A stretch of 64,000 nt of DNA, taken from assembly GCA_016789445.1 (NCBI GenBank), contig JAEUQT010000001.1, positions 195,603-259,602 on the forward strand, in the 5' to 3' direction. Under the pieces are notes generated by a model. The model did no database searches. It worked only from the letters and a program-made list of their open reading frames with translations, and was not told where the DNA came from. Made by a program: the position numbers and the translations under genes. This document shows, one piece after another, positions 42,511 to 52,053 of this stretch (the first letter of the stretch is position 1; the number at the start of each line of letters is the position of its first letter). This stretch comes from a bacterium. GTDB lineage: Bacteria > Patescibacteriota > Minisyncoccia > Phycocordibacterales > UBA2100.

Positions 42511-43101
42511 ATGAACCCCTACGAAGCAAGGACCTTTACCCTCCCTACCCTCGATGGCATCTCGCAGAAGTCTGTCGATGAGCACCTCGGTCTTTACCAG
42601 GGCTACGTAAAGAATTTCAACACCATCTCTACGAAGCTCGTCGAGTACGCGGCCGATAGCGAGAAGAACCAGCACGCACTCTCCGAACTCATCCGCCGCA
42701 AGTCATTCGAGTTCGACGGTATGCGCCTGCACGAACTCTACTTCGAGCAGTTTGAAGGCGGTGCACAGGCACTCGGCGCCTCTCCCCTTGCCGACGCCCT
42801 CAAAGCCGAATACCACGAATACTTCCAGCAGTACTTCACCGCTATCGGGAATATGCGCGGTCCGGGCTGGGCGATCCTCTATTACGATCCCATCGGCAAA
42901 CGATTCCAGACCGGATTCGCCGGAGAACAGCACCAAGGTCACTTTGCGACACTTCCCATCATCCTTGCACTCGATGTATGGGAACACGCCTTCCTTTTGG
43001 ACTACGGCGCCCTCGGAAAAGCGAAGTATATCGAGGCATTCTTCAAGAATCTGAACTGGAATGTCATCGAAACACGCTATACACAGGCATCGAAATCTTG
43101 A
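42511..43101 (+). CDS. sodA: Fe/Mn superoxide dismutase
   Basis: 196 aa; HHSKHHQTYV-like N-domain; C-terminal DVWEHAFLLDYGALGKAKYIEAFFKNLNW (DVWEHAYY motif). Confidence 0.85.
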   Translation: MNPYEARTFTLPTLDGISQKSVDEHLGLYQGYVKNFNTISTKLVEYAADSEKNQHALSELIRRKSFEFDGMRLHELYFEQFEGGAQALGASPLADALKAEYHEYFQQYFTAIGNMRGPGWAILYYDPIGKRFQTGFAGEQHQGHFATLPIILALDVWEHAFLLDYGALGKAKYIEAFFKNLNWNVIETRYTQASKS

Positions 43102-43178
43102 GCACTCCCGCTTGATGTGGTACTATATTCGAACCTTCGTTTGAAGGTCAGTATCAACTACAGAAGGACGAACCAGTA

Positions 43179-43529
43179 ATGGTGACCCGGACTGTCGCTG
43201 CAAGCCACTGCTTGAAGCAAATGAAAGAGAAAGTCGGTGCAGCGCTCTATACGAACGAGCGCCCCTCTGAAGCGTTCATGACGCTCGTGGGCGAAATGCG
43301 TGCGCAGGAAGTCATCGGAACGGAAAGCGAACTGCGTGAACTCCGTCGCGAGATCGTGCGGGACGCAATCGGACTCCGATTGAATACGCATGCCGAAGTT
43401 CGTGCCTTGGTCCGACAGCTGGCTCAGAAGCATCAGTGCATAGAGCCGCGCGCAGCAGGAGTCGGCGGTTCCGCGATCGGACACCCCTTCGGCTACGGCC
43501 TCGGCCAATCGGCCCTCGCCTACCAGTAG
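43179..43529 (+). CDS. hypothetical protein
   Basis: 116 aa. Preceded by TGTGGTACTATAT, an extended -10-like element. Followed by a strong + strand terminator. The antisense ORF 43158..43784 is rejected. Confidence 0.4.
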   Translation: MVTRTVAASHCLKQMKEKVGAALYTNERPSEAFMTLVGEMRAQEVIGTESELRELRREIVRDAIGLRLNTHAEVRALVRQLAQKHQCIEPRAAGVGGSAIGHPFGYGLGQSALAYQ

Positions 43530-43539
43530 AAGATACTCA

Positions 43540-43573
43540 CGGCGGGATCTCAGGATCCCGCCGTTTTCTTTTT
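43540..43573 (+). terminator. intrinsic terminator
   Basis: CGGCGGGAUC-UCAG-GAUCCCGCCG UUUUCUUUUU; overlaps the last codons of the convergent comEC gene. Confidence 0.7.
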
Positions 43574-45013
43574 GTATACCACCCCGAGCGTAGCGTAGAT
43601 AAGGCAAAGCAGCCACGCTCCGAACGCTGGCAACTGCACGCTCGATAGCGGCAGCGTCGCGAATGCTTCCGCGACATAGATCACATAGGAGAGGAGGACA
43701 TATGCCGGAAATCCGAAGAACGGGGCGACGATACCGGTGAAAAGCCCGAAGAGAGCGGCGATGGCACTGAGAAGCATCGCCCACGGGATTACGATGAGCG
43801 CCAGAAGGTTTGCCGGCAAAGAATAGAGGCTGAGCATTCCATTCTGATAGAGGAGGAGCGGTACGACGGCGAGCTGCGTACCGATCGAGGCAGCAGCGAT
43901 TTCGCGCAGCCCGAATCTCTCCGTGATTGGGACGAGATACGGTTCGATAACCGGCGTCAGGAATATGAGACCGGCCGTCGCGATGATTGAAAGCTGGAAT
44001 CCCGGATCAAATACGAGCACATACGGATTCCAGATGATCATTGCCGTCGCCACCAGCGCGAGCGCACGCGACGCGAGATACGTCCTTCCTGTCGCTTTCC
44101 CTGTTATCGCGATCACCGCCATTGCTGCGGCACGCGTCGATGCCGAGGCGAATCCGGTGATGGCTGCAAAGAAGAACGCGACGAATCCCGCAAACCCGAG
44201 TCGCAACGCTTGCGGAGTACGCACCATCCAGCGCAACAACGCATCGACGACCACCATGATGTTGTATCCGCTGAGGACCACGATGTGCGTGAGGCCCACG
44301 ATGCGGAATGTGTCAGATAATTCTTCACCAAGCCCGCGTTTATCCCCCACCGTGATGCCGCCGGCCAGTCCCGCCTGTGGTTCGTTGAGCGCATTCGCCA
44401 ATCCATCGAGATACTTCTCTTTGGCACGGATCGCCCACGATTTGAGGAAGAATCCCTCGTTCTCACCAAGGAGCGTCACTTTCGCGAATGACATTTGGTA
44501 CAGAATCCGGTCTTTTGCGAGAAAGCCCGGATACTCGAACACCCTACCCTCACCGGTCTCGAATGCTTCCGGCAATTCGAGCTTCGCTTCCGCACGCACG
44601 ACATCGCCGTACGCAACTTCGGTATGGAGCGGTGCGACAACCAAAACCGCGACGCTATCGACCGTACTACTTGCCACCATCCGCACGCGCACCGGAATGC
44701 GTACATTGTTCTCGCGCGCATCAGGCTCGTCCTGCACTATCCCTTCGATCACCACCTTCTCCCCCACCACCGCATCGAGCTGCGGCTCACGTTCAACGAT
44801 ACCCGTGTGCATACGCGCTGCGCCGAAAGCAAAAGCTGAAAGCGCCACGCAGGTGAAAAGAAATGGAGCAGTATGCTCACGCCAATACGCAACCGCCGCG
44901 ACAAGCGCGGCAAAGAGGAGGAAAAGAATCGTAAACCATCCGAACATCACAAACGTCCGCACGAAGACACCGAGTACGAAAAAGACGAGTACGAGCCAGA
45001 AGCGGATCGCCAT
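43550..45013 (-). CDS. comEC: ComEC/Rec2 DNA-uptake channel, membrane (competence) domain
   Basis: ~487 aa polytopic. N-terminal DUF4131-like region and a competence domain (LGEELSDTFRIVGLTHIVVLSGYNIMVV ... ASTRAAAMAVIAI ... ). Start taken at internal MAIRFWL. Confidence 0.75.
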   Translation of the reverse strand: MAIRFWLVLVFFVLGVFVRTFVMFGWFTILFLLFAALVAAVAYWREHTAPFLFTCVALSAFAFGAARMHTGIVEREPQLDAVVGEKVVIEGIVQDEPDARENNVRIPVRVRMVASSTVDSVAVLVVAPLHTEVAYGDVVRAEAKLELPEAFETGEGRVFEYPGFLAKDRILYQMSFAKVTLLGENEGFFLKSWAIRAKEKYLDGLANALNEPQAGLAGGITVGDKRGLGEELSDTFRIVGLTHIVVLSGYNIMVVVDALLRWMVRTPQALRLGFAGFVAFFFAAITGFASASTRAAAMAVIAITGKATGRTYLASRALALVATAMIIWNPYVLVFDPGFQLSIIATAGLIFLTPVIEPYLVPITERFGLREIAAASIGTQLAVVPLLLYQNGMLSLYSLPANLLALIVIPWAMLLSAIAALFGLFTGIVAPFFGFPAYVLLSYVIYVAEAFATLPLSSVQLPAFGAWLLCLIYATLGVVYKKKTAGS

Positions 45014-45305
45014 CCACTGTAGCGTAGCAAAAGGGTGGCGGCCTCGATGAGAGGCCGCCGGTAGTATGTGGTTATCCGAGCGAGACGCGCGGAACAGGAT
45101 GCGAAGCGCTTTCAGGTCGCTGCGATCCGGCGCGGCCCGTAGGAGCCGGAGCCGAATGCCTTCCTGATTGCACGCCACCTTCGAGCGCTTGCAACTTATC
45201 TTGCATAGTTGCCATGGAACTTCTCCTTGCATGCATCATCCCGCATCAGAGACCCATCGGCGGGATGACAAGAAGATATATGACAGGCCTGCTTGTACTT
45301 TAAAC

Positions 45306-45335
45306 AGATGCACCGCGTCGTCAAGATGACGGCGC
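45306..45335 (-). terminator. hairpin after E1-like gene
   Basis: CACCGCGCCGUCA-UCU-UGACGACGCGGUG on the minus strand (12-bp stem, 1 mismatch). The downstream U-richness is only moderate. Confidence 0.4.
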
Positions 45336-45347
45336 GGTGCGAGGTGA

Positions 45348-46046
45348 TCACCAGCGATCGGATTGCATGCGATCCTCGGCAAGACTGATGTCTCGCCGCT
45401 GTGCGGGAGGCAGACCCCCGTTCAGTGAGGCGTTCCAGCGCACGAATTCATGCGCCATCATGCCCGCAACGATCGCCGCAGTGTATACCACGGAGATCTT
45501 CCCGCCGCAGCCATCGCCGTCGTTCTGAGCATCCGCATCAGGGAACCAGTAATGTTCCCAAAGCGCGATGTGGGCAGGATTATTCGGATCGATCGAGTAG
45601 ACGACGCCATGTGACGCATCCATACGACCATCGAACACATAGCGCACATCAGCATTTCCTTTCAGGCACGTGTCCATGATGAGCTTACGATCACGCATGG
45701 TATCCACGCACATGAAGACGACGGGCGCGAGCATACGAGCTTCCCGGATGAATTCCGGCACGATCGAGACATCGACATCCAGCGATCGCCGCAACGCGTA
45801 CGCGAGCGCCTCCACCTTAAGCTTCCCCACATCGCTCGACGCATATGCCTGATTCGCGAGATTATGCGATTCAAGCACATCGCCATCGACGAGCACGATT
45901 TCTCGCACACCGAGGCGGGCGATACTCCATGCGAGATGGCTGCCCAGGCCGCCGCAACCGATGATTACGATTGGATCATCCCACATCGCAGGATCAAAGA
46001 GCGGCCTATGCCGCGTCACATCAATCATTCCCCTTCTCCTTTCCAT
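45348..46046 (-). CDS. E1-like ThiF/MoeB-family ubiquitin-activating-type enzyme
   Basis: IVIIGCGGLGSHLAWSIARLGVREIVLVDGDVLESHNLANQ (GxGxxG ... DxDxVExSNLNRQ) and FMCVDTMRDR (catalytic Cys position). No paired CxxC Zn motifs of the MoeB/ThiF biosynthetic type. Confidence 0.75.
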   Translation of the reverse strand: MERRRGMIDVTRHRPLFDPAMWDDPIVIIGCGGLGSHLAWSIARLGVREIVLVDGDVLESHNLANQAYASSDVGKLKVEALAYALRRSLDVDVSIVPEFIREARMLAPVVFMCVDTMRDRKLIMDTCLKGNADVRYVFDGRMDASHGVVYSIDPNNPAHIALWEHYWFPDADAQNDGDGCGGKISVVYTAAIVAGMMAHEFVRWNASLNGGLPPAQRRDISLAEDRMQSDRW

Positions 46047-46551
46047 CCGGCTCGACCGGCCATTTCTCAAGACCGCCGGCCGGATACTGACTCGATGTGT
46101 CGACGATCCAGAGGGCGGATTCTACACCCCACATGGCGCGTGCAAGCCATCCCTCTTTGATCATCTGCATGATTTCCTCCCGACCATCGCGCATACACAC
46201 GTTTCCTGCCGCGTTGATATGCGGATGATGATACTCAGATACGGTCTTCGTGAGGTTGTGGGCAGAAAAATAATGCTCTCCGATCTCCACGAGATACTCG
46301 CCGAGGCGGTACACTTTATCTTTCGTAGGAATCCACACAAACCTCGTCCGCGCCAGCACGAGACCTTCTCGGATCGCCACTTGAGGGAATACCTGCGATT
46401 TAACGAGCCGATCGAACTCGTCAGCGGCGGCGAGCGCGATCTGATCCTTCTTGTTAGGAGGCGCGAAATCTGCACACAGATTCCGGAACGCGTCTCGCTG
46501 GGCGAGATACGTCGTATCGTAGTCGCTCTTCATTACATGCTCCTTTCGCAT
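46021..46551 (-). CDS. E2-like (UBC-fold) protein
   Basis: 176 aa; YHHPHINAAGNVCMRDG matches the E2 HPN-x3-G-x-[IV]-C-[LM] catalytic signature. Its 3' end overlaps the E1-like gene start. Confidence 0.55.
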   Translation of the reverse strand: MRKEHVMKSDYDTTYLAQRDAFRNLCADFAPPNKKDQIALAAADEFDRLVKSQVFPQVAIREGLVLARTRFVWIPTKDKVYRLGEYLVEIGEHYFSAHNLTKTVSEYHHPHINAAGNVCMRDGREEIMQMIKEGWLARAMWGVESALWIVDTSSQYPAGGLEKWPVEPDGKEKGND

Positions 46552-46601
46552 TCAAAGAGCCTCTCAAAGAGGTATATACCCGGCATACGCGAGTGTCAAA
46601 A

Positions 46602-46889
46602 CTACTCCTTCTTCTTATCGAGCTTCTCGAGGCCCAACAGCTTGAATACGAAATAGATGATGAATGCGAGGATGAAGAAGTCGATGAGAACCGCGATGAA
46701 ATCGCCGATGAGGAAATTCCCGACCGCAAACGTCTTGATGCCGTCCGCACGCCCCAGAAGGAGGCCGACGAACGGATTCACGATGTCGGTCACGAATGCC
46801 GTGACTACTTTCTGCACCGCAGAACCGAGTACAAAGCCGATGGCGAGGCCCACCACGCCGCGCTCGCGCACGAATTCCACGAACCCCAT
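46602..46889 (-). CDS. mscL: large-conductance mechanosensitive channel
   Basis: FVEFVRERGVVGLAIGFVLGSAVQKVVTAFVTDIVNPFVGLLLG ... FIIYFVFKLLGLEKLDKKKE aligns with the MscL TM1/TM2 and KKEE tail. The start may be 46952. Confidence 0.8.
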   Translation of the reverse strand: MGFVEFVRERGVVGLAIGFVLGSAVQKVVTAFVTDIVNPFVGLLLGRADGIKTFAVGNFLIGDFIAVLIDFFILAFIIYFVFKLLGLEKLDKKKE

Positions 46890-46970
46890 GAAGGGACCGG
46901 TCTTCCGCGGCTCCTTCTCCCCTTCCGGCACTACCGTGAGTTCTTCTGCCATAGCGTCAGTATAGCAACA

Positions 46971-47372
46971 TTAGGCTTCGTCGATAGCTTCGTTCACCAA
47001 GCGATCTGCTTCCTTGTTTTCTGCCCGCGGAACATAGCCGAAGCGCACATTCCCGAAATCCTTAAGTAATTCGCGGACTTTCGCTACCTGCGGCTTCAAG
47101 GTCGGCTCTTTGATCTTCCAGTTCCCCATCAATTGCTCGACGACGAGCTTCGAATCCAAGCGGAATTCGATATCCCCCGTGAGACCGATTTCTTTCGCCT
47201 TCGTAAGCGCGAGGACCACAGCCTCGTATTCTGCCCAGTTATTCGTCTGGACCGGACCGAGGTATTTCTTCACCTCAGCGACCACGGTCTCATCCTTAAG
47301 GATGACCGCGCCCGCGCCTGCAGGGCCCGGATTTCCCCGTGCTCCGCCGTCGGTGTAGATAACGACCGACAT
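46971..47372 (-). CDS. rnhA: ribonuclease HI
   Basis: VIYTDGGARGNPGPAGAGAV ... TNNWAEYEAVVLAL ... DSKLVVEQLMGNWKIK ... EADRLVNEA (DEDD catalytic residues). Confidence 0.85.
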   Translation of the reverse strand: MSVVIYTDGGARGNPGPAGAGAVILKDETVVAEVKKYLGPVQTNNWAEYEAVVLALTKAKEIGLTGDIEFRLDSKLVVEQLMGNWKIKEPTLKPQVAKVRELLKDFGNVRFGYVPRAENKEADRLVNEAIDEA

Positions 47373-47373
47373 T

Positions 47374-47982
47374 TTACGCAGCAGCCGAGAGCTTGCGGTA
47401 TGCGTGCGCAACCGCCAAGAGCGAGACCGGAATCGTTACCAGAAGTCCTACCATGAGCGCAAGGGCGCCGAGTATGTTGATACCGATGAGAGAAAGCGCG
47501 AGGAGGAAGAGCTGCCAGCGATGACCTTTCGTCATGCGTACACTTTCCTTCATCGCCTCGATAGGGCCGAGATTCTTATCGATGACAAGGTACGTCGCAA
47601 AGATGAGAGAGAGGGCCGCGATGATGCCCGGGACGATGAGGAGGACGAGACCGATCACCACAATGATGCCGGTAAGAATCTTTACTACAGCGTATTGCCA
47701 GAGATGCTGCGGATGCCAGAGATCCCTCAATTCAACCTTCTCCACATCAGCGTGTGCCTTGAGCGCAAAGGCTACAAGTCCCATCTCGAGCAAGATACCT
47801 ACCACAAGCGCAATCGCCGCAAGGACAAAATCAGAGAAGGTCTGTACCGGGTCCGGAGTAAACCCTTCCATGATCCCGGAAATGACGACAATAAGAAGCA
47901 CAATCCCGATGAAGAACCAAGGACGCTTCTTGAACGATTCCCATCCGAAACGGAGTAATTCGCCAACCGCTAGTGTTTTCAT
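47374..47982 (-). CDS. polytopic membrane protein (DUF975-like, hypothetical)
   Basis: ~200 aa from MKTLAVGELLRFGWESFKKRPWFFIGIVLLIVV. Has 5-6 TM segments. Stop is adjacent to the rnhA start. Confidence 0.45.
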   Translation of the reverse strand: MKTLAVGELLRFGWESFKKRPWFFIGIVLLIVVISGIMEGFTPDPVQTFSDFVLAAIALVVGILLEMGLVAFALKAHADVEKVELRDLWHPQHLWQYAVVKILTGIIVVIGLVLLIVPGIIAALSLIFATYLVIDKNLGPIEAMKESVRMTKGHRWQLFLLALSLIGINILGALALMVGLLVTIPVSLLAVAHAYRKLSAAA

Positions 47983-48001
47983 GGCGCCACTATAGCACGG
48001 G

Positions 48002-49687
48002 TCAGGCGCGTGGAAGGAGGATATCCGCAATCCTGAGAGCAAGCGCATGCTCCCCTCGAAATGCGTCTTTTTCGAGGGTTGCGAGAAGATCGGCCTGCAG
48101 GTCCGCTTCCGGCATAAGCGTGAAATCCTTCGGGGATCGGAAGAACTGGAACGCCCTCTGGCGCGCACCGGTCTCGCTGCATACCAGCATCACCTCGGTA
48201 TGGTTCATCTCCTTTCCGAACTTTCGGGCGCTCGTAATGACCGTACGCACGACCCGGAAGAGCGGCTTCGGGTTCCCCATACCGAATGGAGCAAGTCGAG
48301 AAAAATCACGCAGCAGCGTCGTCGAGACCTGGGAGAGGAGGATCTCCGCATCCGCCGCTTTCTCTTCTTTCACTTTTCCCGCAGGCGCGAGAGAAACAAG
48401 TGCGGCAGCCAATCGCTCCTGTAGGGTGTGTACCGCCTCGTGCGAGACCGAGAAGCCCCCCGAGGCGTGATGCCCACCGAATTCTTCGAGTGCGTCTCCG
48501 GCAGCAGCGAAGAGCTCAACCACCGAGATCGTACCGTCTGAACGCGCCGAACCCTTCAGCTTTCCATTCGCATCCCTTCCCCACATGATGACGACGCCGC
48601 CACGACCTTCCATAAGCGAGTTCGCGGCAAGCCCCATGAGGGCTGGCTTCCATTCGGTGTCTCCGAGGACGATGACGCGATCTGATTCCGTGTAGCGGGC
48701 CGCCGCACGCGCCTTCGCTTCGCGCACGATCGCTGCGACGACACCGCGCCGCTTCCGGTTGAGCGATTCGAGCTGCGCCGCTATCGTGCTCGCCTCATCG
48801 GCATCCTGCGTCGTGAGGAGACGAAGCGCGAGTTCGGGCTCGTCCATACGCGATGCCGCATTGATGCGCGGCGCGAACGAGAAACCGATATCATCTTCGG
48901 TTACCGTTGCGAGACGCGCCCGAGTCTGTGTCGCGAGCGCACGGATGCCCGGTCGGATGGATTTGCGCAGCACCGTAAGGCCGAAATGCGCAAGCGCGCG
49001 GTTCTCGCCCACGAGCGGCACGAGATCGGCGACCGTTGAGATCGCCACTAAATCAAGGAGCCATTTCTCCCAACCATCGGGAATGGCCGCGAAATTCTCG
49101 AGTTTCTGTCGCTTCCCCTCCGTGAGAAGGGCGCACGCGAGCTTCCATGCCGTCGCTGCGCCACAGAGATCCTTGAAGGGATAGGGTTCACGCTTCGGAT
49201 TGATCACGATGCACTCCGGCAATGCGCCTTGGATCTCGTGATGATCGGTGACGATTACATCAACCCCCTTCGACTTCGCATGGTCAACCCCCTCGAATGC
49301 GACCGTTCCCACATCCACCGTGATGATGAGGCGAACGCGTCGCTCAGCGAGCGCATCGATAGCCGCAGTATGGAATCCATACCCCTCGCGATCACGATGC
49401 GGGATGTACACTTCGACATTCTCGTATCCGATCTTGCGGAACGTATCAAAAAGGAGGGCCGAGCCCGGAATACCATCGCAGTCGAAATCGCCGTATACGG
49501 CAATCCGCTCTCCTTGTCGCATCGCCGCCAGAATTCGCGCGACGGCGCGGTCCATATCGGCCAGAAGAAAAGGATCGTGTGTATCACGAGCAAAGTCAGG
49601 GCTGAGGAACCGCTCTGCTTCTTCCCCTGCCAATCCGCGTTTCGCGAGGAGATTCGCTACCAGTTCCGAGATTCCTTCACGATTCAT
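48002..49687 (-). CDS. recJ: single-stranded-DNA-specific exonuclease RecJ
   Basis: DHH motifs (GDFDCDGIPGSALL, ITVDVG, VIVTDHH) and DHHA1 (GGHHASGGFS). Confidence 0.9.
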   Translation of the reverse strand: MNREGISELVANLLAKRGLAGEEAERFLSPDFARDTHDPFLLADMDRAVARILAAMRQGERIAVYGDFDCDGIPGSALLFDTFRKIGYENVEVYIPHRDREGYGFHTAAIDALAERRVRLIITVDVGTVAFEGVDHAKSKGVDVIVTDHHEIQGALPECIVINPKREPYPFKDLCGAATAWKLACALLTEGKRQKLENFAAIPDGWEKWLLDLVAISTVADLVPLVGENRALAHFGLTVLRKSIRPGIRALATQTRARLATVTEDDIGFSFAPRINAASRMDEPELALRLLTTQDADEASTIAAQLESLNRKRRGVVAAIVREAKARAAARYTESDRVIVLGDTEWKPALMGLAANSLMEGRGGVVIMWGRDANGKLKGSARSDGTISVVELFAAAGDALEEFGGHHASGGFSVSHEAVHTLQERLAAALVSLAPAGKVKEEKAADAEILLSQVSTTLLRDFSRLAPFGMGNPKPLFRVVRTVITSARKFGKEMNHTEVMLVCSETGARQRAFQFFRSPKDFTLMPEADLQADLLATLEKDAFRGEHALALRIADILLPRA

Positions 49688-49711
49688 AAAGGCGATTGTA
49701 CTATAGGGCGT

Positions 49712-50128
49712 ATGAAGACCGACCCGAACTGCATTTTCTGCAAGATCGTCGCAGGGGAACTCCCGAAATTCAAAGTATACGAGGATGAAAATACGCTTTC
49801 ATTCCTCACGATCGAGCCGATGAGCAAGGGTCACACGCTCGTCATCCCGAAAGAGCATGTACCGAACGTCTTCGAAACATCTCCCGACACATGGTCCTTG
49901 GCGCAGGAAACCGTACGCAAGGTCGCTCACGCGGTAGAAAAAGCCATGCAGGCCGATGGCGTAAACATCAACATGAACAATCGCGAGCACGCTGGTCAGG
50001 TCGTCGACCACTTCCACATCCACATAATCCCCCGTTACAAGGGCGACGACCTCCAACACTGGCCCACACGAAAAATCGCCGCCGGTGAAGGCGACGAGAT
50101 TTCCACGAAGATTTCTTCTACTCTCTAG
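49712..50128 (+). CDS. HIT family (histidine triad) hydrolase
   Basis: CIFCKIVAGELP ... DHFHIHIIPR (HxHxHxx). TTGTACTATAG, a -10-like element, ends 7 nt upstream of the ATG (likely leaderless). Divergent from recJ. Confidence 0.8.
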   Translation: MKTDPNCIFCKIVAGELPKFKVYEDENTLSFLTIEPMSKGHTLVIPKEHVPNVFETSPDTWSLAQETVRKVAHAVEKAMQADGVNINMNNREHAGQVVDHFHIHIIPRYKGDDLQHWPTRKIAAGEGDEISTKISSTL

Positions 50129-52053
50129 AACCAGGAACCCAGTTTCGCGAGCGCGTCCTTGAGGAGCTCTTCCATCGCCGCAAGAGCTGCGGCGACCTGA
50201 CTGGTTCCCTCTATCGATGCGGTAGTACAGCTGCTCCTGCTGAAATCAGCGCTGCCGGAGAGCGTACCGTCGATGCAGGTGCGTTCCTGGCCGTACTGGG
50301 CGCAATTACTGGAGGTACTGCGTGAATAGAACGTATGCTTCTGGTTGTGGCTCACGGTCTTGCCGTCGAGGGTGCAGGATCGTCCGGTCGGTTCGGTGCA
50401 TGAGGCATGCGAGTAGGATGCTGACCCATCGAGCGTACCATCGGTACACTTCCGCATCTGATCGAATTGGGAGCACGAGCTGCCGAAGGCGGGATTCTCA
50501 GTGGTGTAGAACGCCTTGCTCTCGCCGTGCTTCACGTACGCACCATCGAGTACGCAGTATCGCTGGCCGGATGGCGCGCAGTACGCATACTGGTACGACG
50601 CAGTACCGCTGAGGACGCCGTTGGTGCATTTGCGCTGCTGATCGATGTTCGCACAATTCGCATTGACGCGCGCGGTATAGAACGTGCGCGTCGCTCCTCC
50701 TGCGACCGTTATGCCGTCGATATCACATCCCTTCTCCGCCACGACCGTACACTTCGGATACTTATAGCTTGCAGAGCCCGAGAGAACGCCGTCATTGCAG
50801 GTGCGGGCAAGCTGATGCGCTTCGCAGCTTGTCGTGTACGGCACCGAATCATCCGACCAGAAGTTACGGCTGGTGCCGTGTGCGACCGTTGTCGTCGATG
50901 TCGTCGTGCCGACCGTAGTGACGACGGTGCAGGACTTTGCTCCTGCAGCCGAACAGTTCGCATAACGGTAATCGCTATCGCCACTGAGTGTGCCGTTATC
51001 GCACGAGCGGGTGCCGGCGAATGCCGAACAGCTCTGCCCGAAGAGGACATCCTCGCGCTTATAGAACGTGCGCGACTGGCCGTGGGCAACCGTTACGCCG
51101 TTGAGCGTACACGATGCGGGCGATGTCGCGACCGTACATGATGGATACGCGTAGTCCGTCGAACCGGTGACGATGCCGTTCGAGCAGGTACGCACCGTAC
51201 TCTGGCATTGTTCACCGAAGACCGGGCTCTCTTTGCGGTAGAACGTACGGGATTCCCCATTCATCATGACAGTACCGTTGTAGGTGCATGATCCGGGGAC
51301 ACTCGAAGCACCGACGCCGCAGGATGCGTACTGATAGCTCGGACTACCCGAGAGCGTGCCGTTGATACACTGCCTCGTCTGACGGTATGAATCGCAACTC
51401 GAGCCTGCAGGGACATACTGCACCGAATAGAAATTCGCGGTTGCGCCGCTCGCGACGAGCACCCCGCCAGCGACACATCCGCCACCGGTCGTCGGATTCT
51501 GCGGAGTCGGTGTTCCTCCGGAACGACAGACGCTCGTAATGAGATTGCGCGTACCAGGTCCCACAAGGCCGTATCCGGTCGAATCAGGCGTTCCCGACGT
51601 GACGAGCCCGTGACGTGACTGGAATCGCTGCACCGCGTACTGCGTCAGGAGGCCGAAGTACCCGCTGATGGTCCCCTCAGGATAGATGCGGGAATCCGCC
51701 GCGAGGAATGCCTGAAGCGCTGTCACATCGGAACCCGACATGCCCTGCTTCAAGGTACGGACGATATTCGGACATGAGCCATATGCACTGCCACCGCCGG
51801 CAGTCGGGATACCGCTCGACGAACCGGTCGTCGTCTGGAGCTGGGATTGAAGCGCCGCAAGCTGGGCGAGAAGCGCGTTGAGCTCAGCCTGCAGTGAAGA
51901 AGAGGTCTGGGCGTTCGTTACCGAGAATAATGCAAGGAGGAATAACGGGGTAAGCGTGACCGAGACGGCGAGTTTTCTCATGGGAAAAGTATACCAAGAG
52001 CGCCGGCTTCCGCCGGCGCTCGTGTGCATATTCCCGTTTCTTACTGCTGACAC
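50125..52053 (-). CDS. secreted protein: coiled coil + PG-binding-1 domain + 7 Cys-rich ~50-aa repeats
   Basis: Signal peptide. QAELNALLAQLAALQSQLQ. PGBD RTLKQGMSGSDVTALQAFLAAD ... GYFGLLTQYAVQRFQ. Seven repeats C-x-[LY]-[ND]-G ... G-[EQ]-S-[RK]-[TA]-F-Y ... C ... R-x-C-x-[DN]-G-x-[LV]-[ST]-G ... Y-x-[YH] ... C. Confidence 0.6.
   Translation of the reverse strand: MSAVRNGNMHTSAGGSRRSWYTFPMRKLAVSVTLTPLFLLALFSVTNAQTSSSLQAELNALLAQLAALQSQLQTTTGSSSGIPTAGGGSAYGSCPNIVRTLKQGMSGSDVTALQAFLAADSRIYPEGTISGYFGLLTQYAVQRFQSRHGLVTSGTPDSTGYGLVGPGTRNLITSVCRSGGTPTPQNPTTGGGCVAGGVLVASGATANFYSVQYVPAGSSCDSYRQTRQCINGTLSGSPSYQYASCGVGASSVPGSCTYNGTVMMNGESRTFYRKESPVFGEQCQSTVRTCSNGIVTGSTDYAYPSCTVATSPASCTLNGVTVAHGQSRTFYKREDVLFGQSCSAFAGTRSCDNGTLSGDSDYRYANCSAAGAKSCTVVTTVGTTTSTTTVAHGTSRNFWSDDSVPYTTSCEAHQLARTCNDGVLSGSASYKYPKCTVVAEKGCDIDGITVAGGATRTFYTARVNANCANIDQQRKCTNGVLSGTASYQYAYCAPSGQRYCVLDGAYVKHGESKAFYTTENPAFGSSCSQFDQMRKCTDGTLDGSASYSHASCTEPTGRSCTLDGKTVSHNQKHTFYSRSTSSNCAQYGQERTCIDGTLSGSADFSRSSCTTASIEGTSQVAAALAAMEELLKDALAKLGSWF

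Noticed and set aside
43158-43784. 208-aa minus-strand ORF overlapping the 43179..43529 plus-strand gene
   Set aside because: The plus-strand reading is supported by an upstream -10-like element and a strong plus-strand terminator at 43540-43573. The minus ORF is Arg-rich and lacks signals.
45060-45232. 47-codon ORF with SD (AGGAGA) upstream of comEC (MATMQDKLQALEGG ... ) and the ORF-track N-terminal extension of comEC
   Set aside because: It is Arg/Pro/Ser-rich and sits in a different frame from comEC. The comEC polytopic domain clearly begins at MAIRFWL (45013). Likely non-coding upstream sequence.
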